Source of the DNA: Escherichia coli
GTDB lineage: Bacteria; Pseudomonadota; Gammaproteobacteria; Enterobacterales; Enterobacteriaceae
NCBI RefSeq assembly: GCF_964049315.1
Contig: NZ_OZ040208.1
Direction: 5' to 3' (one strand)
Length of the DNA: 24,000 nucleotides
Position 1 is the stretch's first letter. Each line of letters begins with the position of its first letter. The position numbers were made by a program, and so were the translations under genes. Of this stretch, positions 19,720 to 24,000 are shown piece after piece. The notes under the pieces are model-generated. The model was not told the origin of the DNA, searched no databases, and saw only the letters and a program-made list of their open reading frames with translations.

Positions 19720-22002
19720 ATGGAAAACAATCGCAATTTCCCTGCCAGACAATTTCATTCGCTCACGTTCTTTGCCGGTCTTTGTATTGGTATTACGCCT
19801 GTGGCACAGGCACTCGCTGCCGAAGGGCAAGCTAACGCGGATGACACGCTGGTTGTCGAAGCATCAACGCCTTCGCTTTATGCGCCACAAAAATCTGCCG
19901 ATCCGAAATTCTCGCGTCCGGTAGCGGATACTACCCGCACGATGACAGTGATTTCTGAACAAGTGATTAAAGATCAGGGTGCAACCAACCTTACCGACGC
20001 GCTCAAAAACGTCCCCGGCGTGGGTGCGTTTTTTGCGGGTGAGAACGGTAACTCCACCACTGGCGACGCCATTTATATGCGCGGTGCCGATACCTCTAAC
20101 AGTATTTATATCGATGGCATTCGCGATATCGGCAGCGTCTCGCGCGACACCTTCAATACCGAGCAGGTCGAAGTAATTAAAGGGCCGTCCGGCACCGACT
20201 ACGGGCGCAGCGCACCGACAGGCTCGATCAATATGATCAGCAAACAGCCGCGCAATGATTCCGGCATTGACGCCTCCGCCAGTATTGGCAGCGCCTGGTT
20301 CCGCCGCGGCACGCTGGACGTCAATCAGGTCATTGGTGATACCACTGCGGTGCGCCTGAATGTAATGGGCGAAAAAACGCACGATGCCGGACGCGACAAA
20401 GTCAAAAATGAGCGTTACGGCGTCGCCCCTTCTGTCGCTTTTGGCCTTGGTACAGCGAATCGTTTGTATCTTAATTATCTGCATGTCACCCAGCACAACA
20501 CGCCAGACGGCGGCATTCCGACCATCGGTTTACCGGGTTTTTCTGCCCCATCTGCGGGAACAGCGGCCCTGAATCATTCCGGAAAAGTTGATACGCATAA
20601 CTTTTACGGCACGGATTCCGATTACGACGATTCGACCACCGACACCGCTACCATGCGTTTTGAGCACGACATCAACGATAACACCACCATTCGCAACACT
20701 ACGCGTTGGTCGCGCGTAAAGCAGGATTACCTGATGACGGCGATTATGGGTGGAGCGTCGAATATTACCCAGCCCACCAGCGATGTGAATAGCTGGACGT
20801 GGTCACGCACGGCGAATACCAAAGATGTGAGTAACAAAATTCTCACCAACCAGACCAACCTGACCTCGACGTTCTATACCGGCGCTATCGGTCATGATGT
20901 CAGTACCGGCGTGGAATTTACCCGCGAAACACAGACTAACTATGGCGTTAATCCGGTGACGTTACCGACGGTAAATATTTATCATCCTGACAGCAGCATT
21001 CATCCCGGCGGCCTGACGCGCAACGGCGCAAACGCCAATGGTCAGACGGATACCTTCGCAATTTATGCCTTCGATACGCTGCAAATCACCCGTGATTTTG
21101 AGCTGAACGGTGGGATCCGTCTGGATAATTATCATACTGAATATGACAGTGCCACCGCCTGCGGCGGCAGCGGGCGCGGTGCCATCACCTGCCCTGCTGG
21201 CGTGGCAAAAGGTTCTCCGGTAACCACCGTCGACACCGCCAAGTCGGGCAATCTGGTGAACTGGAAAGCCGGGGCGCTGTATCACCTGACGGAAAACGGC
21301 AATGTTTATATTAACTATGCCGTTTCCCAGCAGCCGCCGGGCGGCAACAACTTCGCCCTTGCGCAGTCTGGCAGCGGTAACAGTGCCAACCGCACCGATT
21401 TTAAACCGCAAAAAGCCAACACCAGCGAGATTGGCACCAAATGGCAGGTTCTGGATAAACGCCTGCTACTTACCGCCGCGCTGTTCCGTACTGATATTGA
21501 AAATGAAGTTGAGCAAAATGATGATGGGACTTATTCGCAATATGGTAAGAAACGTGTCGAAGGCTATGAGATATCCGTGGCCGGGAATATCACCCCCGCG
21601 TGGCAGATGATTGGCGGCTATACCCAGCAAAAAGCAACTATCAAAAACGGCAAAGATGTTGCCCAGGATGGTTCCTCATCGCTGCCGTATACCCCGGAAC
21701 ACGCCTTCACCTTATGGAGCCAGTATCAGGCAACCGATGATATTTCTGTTGGTGCGGGCGCACGGTATATCGGCAGTATGCATAAAGGTTCAGACGGCGC
21801 GGTGGGAACGCCAGCATTTACCGAAGGTTATTGGGTCGCCGACGCCAAACTGGGGTATCGGGTTAATCGCAATCTCGACTTCCAGCTAAACGTCTACAAC
21901 CTGTTTGATACCGATTACGTCGCCTCAATCAATAAGAGCGGCTACCGTTATCACCCGGGCGAGCCAAGAACCTTCTTGCTCACAGCCAATATGCATTTCT
22001 GA
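19720..22002 (+). CDS. fiu: TonB-dependent outer-membrane receptor for catecholate siderophores and their breakdown products
   Basis: 760 aa with a signal peptide ending AQALA, a TonB box DDTLVVEA, a plug domain, a 22-strand barrel region and a terminal F. Recognised as Fiu. Confidence 0.96.
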   Translation: MENNRNFPARQFHSLTFFAGLCIGITPVAQALAAEGQANADDTLVVEASTPSLYAPQKSADPKFSRPVADTTRTMTVISEQVIKDQGATNLTDALKNVPGVGAFFAGENGNSTTGDAIYMRGADTSNSIYIDGIRDIGSVSRDTFNTEQVEVIKGPSGTDYGRSAPTGSINMISKQPRNDSGIDASASIGSAWFRRGTLDVNQVIGDTTAVRLNVMGEKTHDAGRDKVKNERYGVAPSVAFGLGTANRLYLNYLHVTQHNTPDGGIPTIGLPGFSAPSAGTAALNHSGKVDTHNFYGTDSDYDDSTTDTATMRFEHDINDNTTIRNTTRWSRVKQDYLMTAIMGGASNITQPTSDVNSWTWSRTANTKDVSNKILTNQTNLTSTFYTGAIGHDVSTGVEFTRETQTNYGVNPVTLPTVNIYHPDSSIHPGGLTRNGANANGQTDTFAIYAFDTLQITRDFELNGGIRLDNYHTEYDSATACGGSGRGAITCPAGVAKGSPVTTVDTAKSGNLVNWKAGALYHLTENGNVYINYAVSQQPPGGNNFALAQSGSGNSANRTDFKPQKANTSEIGTKWQVLDKRLLLTAALFRTDIENEVEQNDDGTYSQYGKKRVEGYEISVAGNITPAWQMIGGYTQQKATIKNGKDVAQDGSSSLPYTPEHAFTLWSQYQATDDISVGAGARYIGSMHKGSDGAVGTPAFTEGYWVADAKLGYRVNRNLDFQLNVYNLFDTDYVASINKSGYRYHPGEPRTFLLTANMHF

Positions 22003-22009
22003 TTCAGAT

Positions 22010-22032
22010 GTGGGGCGCAGGCCCCACTTTTT
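22010..22032 (+). terminator. Canonical-looking intrinsic terminator in the 41-nt fiu-ybiX spacer
   Basis: gtggggc (22010-22016) pairs with gccccac (22021-22027) around a 4-nt loop, followed by ttttt (22028-22032). The ybiX SD GGAG starts at 22033. Confidence 0.6.
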
Positions 22033-22043
22033 GGAGAACTTGT

Positions 22044-22721
22044 ATGATGTACCACATTCCCGGCGTGTTATCGCCACAGGACGTCGCCCGTTTTCGCGAA
22101 CACCTGGAACAAGCCGAATGGGTGGATGGACGCGTCACCACCGGCGCACAAGGTGCGCAAGTTAAGAACAATCAACAAGTAGACACCCGCAGCGCCCTGT
22201 ACGCCGCCCTGCAAAATGAGGTGCTGAACGCGGTTAACCAACATGCTTTGTTCTTTGCCGCGGCCTTGCCGCGTACCCTTTCCACGCCGCTGTTTAATCG
22301 CTATCAGAACAATGAAACCTATGGTTTTCATGTGGATGGCGCAGTACGCAGCCATCCACAAAACGGCTGGATGCGCACTGACCTTTCTGCCACGCTGTTT
22401 TTAAGCGATCCAGAAAGCTACGACGGCGGCGAACTGGTCGTTAATGACACCTTCGGGCAACATCGGGTAAAACTCCCGGCAGGCGATCTGGTGTTGTATC
22501 CCTCCAGCAGCCTGCATTGCGTGACACCCGTAACCCGCGGCGTGCGAGTGGCATCATTTATGTGGATCCAGTCGATGATCCGCGATGATAAAAAGCGCGC
22601 CATGCTGTTTGAACTGGACAACAATATTCAGTCGCTGAAAAGCCACTACGGCGAAAGTGAAGAGATCCTGTCGCTGCTCAATCTTTATCATAATCTGCTG
22701 CGGGAATGGTCGGAGATCTGA
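22044..22721 (+). CDS. ybiX: Fe(II)/2-oxoglutarate-dependent oxygenase, PiuC-like
   Basis: 225 aa from ATG 22044; the ORF-track start is 12 codons upstream, inside the hairpin. The facial triad is H96-x-D98 (nt 22329-22337) plus H158 (nt 22515-22517), and RVASF supplies the 2OG-binding Arg. Recognised as YbiX. Confidence 0.92.
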   Translation: MMYHIPGVLSPQDVARFREHLEQAEWVDGRVTTGAQGAQVKNNQQVDTRSALYAALQNEVLNAVNQHALFFAAALPRTLSTPLFNRYQNNETYGFHVDGAVRSHPQNGWMRTDLSATLFLSDPESYDGGELVVNDTFGQHRVKLPAGDLVLYPSSSLHCVTPVTRGVRVASFMWIQSMIRDDKKRAMLFELDNNIQSLKSHYGESEEILSLLNLYHNLLREWSEI

Positions 22722-22794
22722 CGCTTGAACTGCCCGAGTTCGTCCCTATATTAGCTACACTTAACTGTACAAGCATTGATATGGGGAGGACGAT

Positions 22795-23061
22795 ATGGCA
22801 TCCGGTTGGGCTAATGATGACGCCGTCAACGAACAGATCAACAGTACAATTGAAGATGCGATTGCCCGCGCTCGGGGTGAAATTCCGCGTGGCGAAAGCC
22901 TGTATGAATGTGAAGAGTGCGGTGCCCCTATCCCGCAGGCCCGTCGGGAAGCCATTCCTGGCGTGCGCTTATGCATTCATTGTCAGCAGGAGAAAGATTT
23001 ACAAAAACCAGCTTATACAGGATATAATCGCAGAGGTTCGAAAGACAGCCAGTTACGTTAA
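22795..23061 (+). CDS. ybiI: DksA/TraR-family C4 zinc-finger protein
   Basis: 88 aa with C39-x2-C42-x17-C60-x2-C63 (nt 22909-22983). CEECGAPIPQARREAIPGVRLCIHCQ closely resembles the F-plasmid TraR zinc-finger region as I remember it. A GGGGAGGA SD precedes the ATG. Confidence 0.9.
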   Translation: MASGWANDDAVNEQINSTIEDAIARARGEIPRGESLYECEECGAPIPQARREAIPGVRLCIHCQQEKDLQKPAYTGYNRRGSKDSQLR

Positions 23062-23325
23062 CTACAACTGGCGGGATGTATAGCGAATATAATTTGTATT
23101 TTGCGTGGCATTCCGTGCCTTTAACGCTACCGTGACTGCCACGCGGTATAAAACAAGTCCATAAGTACAACAAATAAATGGTTTATCAGTATGTTAGATA
23201 TCAATCAATTTATTTGAACAAGGTGGTCAATTCTCTTCGATTTTATCTCTCGTAAAAAAACGTGATACTCATCACATCGACGAAACAACGTCACTTATAC
23301 AAAAATCACCTGCGAGAGATTAATT

Positions 23326-23586
23326 ATGAAAACTATCAATACTGTTGTTGCTGCTATGGCTCTTTCAACTCTGTCATTTGGCGTGTTCGCGGCGGAACCG
23401 GTAACGGCATCCCAGGCACAGAACATGAATAAAATCGGCGTGGTTTCTGCCGATGGCGCATCCACCCTCGATGCCCTGGAAGCGAAACTGGCTGAGAAAG
23501 CCGCGGCGGCCGGTGCCAGTGGATACAGCATCACTTCTGCCACCAACAACAATAAATTAAGCGGTACTGCGGTAATTTATAAGTAA
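23326..23586 (+). CDS. ybiJ: Small secreted YhcN/DUF1471-family protein
   Basis: 86 aa with the signal peptide MKTINTVVAAMALSTLSFGVFA and the C-terminus SGTAVIYK. It is a paralog of the 19195-19455 gene. I name it ybiJ because it is adjacent to ybiC in the K-12 order. Confidence 0.85.
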   Translation: MKTINTVVAAMALSTLSFGVFAAEPVTASQAQNMNKIGVVSADGASTLDALEAKLAEKAAAAGASGYSITSATNNNKLSGTAVIYK

Positions 23587-23696
23587 TTCGTAAGCTGGAT
23601 CAGGCGTTTACGCTACGTTCAGCACAAGTATTTCCCTGTCTGTTTGCCGACAGACGCATATGCTCTAACCCTCATGATCCTATGTTACCCTTGTTT

Positions 23697-23725
23697 GCCC
23701 GTCCGCCACTGGACGGGCTTTTTTT
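23697..23725 (+). terminator. Intrinsic terminator of ybiJ, overlapping the ybiC stop region
   Basis: gcccgtcc (23697-23704) pairs with ggacgggc (23711-23718) around a 6-nt loop, followed by ttttttt. Confidence 0.85.
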
Positions 23726-24000
23726 AGCTGGCTAGCTGCTGACAGAAAGCCTGCAACGTCTCTTCCGGCATACCAATCTGCCGCGCCGCATCACAAATGG
23801 CCTGCCAGCTTCCCGCATCCAGTGGAATCCCCTGCTCCTGCCGTTCGCGACGCGTGTTCACTTCCCACTCGCCCGGTAGCAAAATCGGCTTATCGTCATC
23901 ATGCGGCGAGGCTTTCACCCACTCGGCAAAGGCTTCGGTCTGCGCACTACAATCCGGCGCGCCGAACAGTTCCGGGTTGATAATGATAGTGGTCATGCAG
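23724..24000 (-). CDS. ybiC: Hydroxycarboxylate dehydrogenase, Ldh_2 (type-2 malate/L-lactate dehydrogenase) family, C-terminal fragment; the gene continues beyond the window
   Basis: The frame is open to the window edge and the stop is at 23724-23726. The C-terminal ILLPGEWE segment fits the Ldh_2 family, and the position matches ybiC (hcxB) in the K-12 order. Confidence 0.75.
   Translation of the reverse strand, partial: CMTTIIINPELFGAPDCSAQTEAFAEWVKASPHDDDKPILLPGEWEVNTRRERQEQGIPLDAGSWQAICDAARQIGMPEETLQAFCQQLAS

Noticed and set aside
19864-20496. A 210-aa ORF is antisense to fiu; a similar one lies at 20962-21411.
   Set aside because: These are shadow ORFs in a long codon-biased gene. They have no SD, and their composition is dominated by Ala/Arg/Gly.
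23103-23144. An 8-bp inverted repeat gcgtggca / tgccacgc lies downstream of ybiI and could be a terminator.
   Set aside because: The loop is 26 nt and no U-tract follows, so it is not a convincing intrinsic terminator. I left it unannotated.
19195-23586. I considered whether the block from mcbA to ybiJ is a horizontally acquired genomic island.
   Set aside because: There is no integrase, tRNA or flanking nucleotide direct repeat, and I saw no obvious compositional break by eye. The genes are core in E. coli. I retained only the paralog-bracket observation.

Overview
The translations identify this window as ordinary core chromosome of Escherichia coli or a very close relative. It is colinear with the K-12 ~18 min region read in reverse orientation. 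Gene order is ybiY' (3' end), ybiW, ybiV, ybiT, ldtB(ybiS), ybiR, mntR, mntS, opgE(ybiP), ompX, rhtA, dps, glnH, glnP, glnQ, ybiO, rlmF(ybiN), mcbA(ybiM), fiu, ybiX, ybiI, ybiJ, ybiC' (3' end). I call 20 complete CDS from the ORF track, several with corrected start codons, plus 2 edge-truncated CDS. I also call one 42-codon gene (mntS) that falls below the ORF-track cutoff. Several intrinsic terminators, a BIME/REP element, a GC-rich palindromic intergenic repeat and recognisable regulatory sites are listed: a Fur box, an MntR box, the sigma54/NtrC/IHF architecture of glnH, and a CRP-like site. I see no tRNA or rRNA, CRISPR array, IS element, integrase, phage gene, toxin-antitoxin pair or defence-type gene cluster. 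I therefore do not find evidence for a new biological system here. The points worth a second look are modest. (1) YbiW has an eliminase-type Cys-x-Glu loop, which argues against its historical pyruvate formate-lyase label. (2) ybiU appears to be absent relative to my memory of the K-12 gene order, and a BIME sits at that junction. (3) The uncharacterised permease ybiR is translationally coupled to mntR, next to the mntS/MntR-box module. (4) The Fur-controlled fiu-ybiX-ybiI cluster is bracketed by two YhcN-family paralogs, has a terminator-like hairpin abutting the ybiX RBS, and includes a TraR-like zinc-finger protein. All gene identifications come from reading the sequence and recalling E. 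coli proteins. No database search was run.
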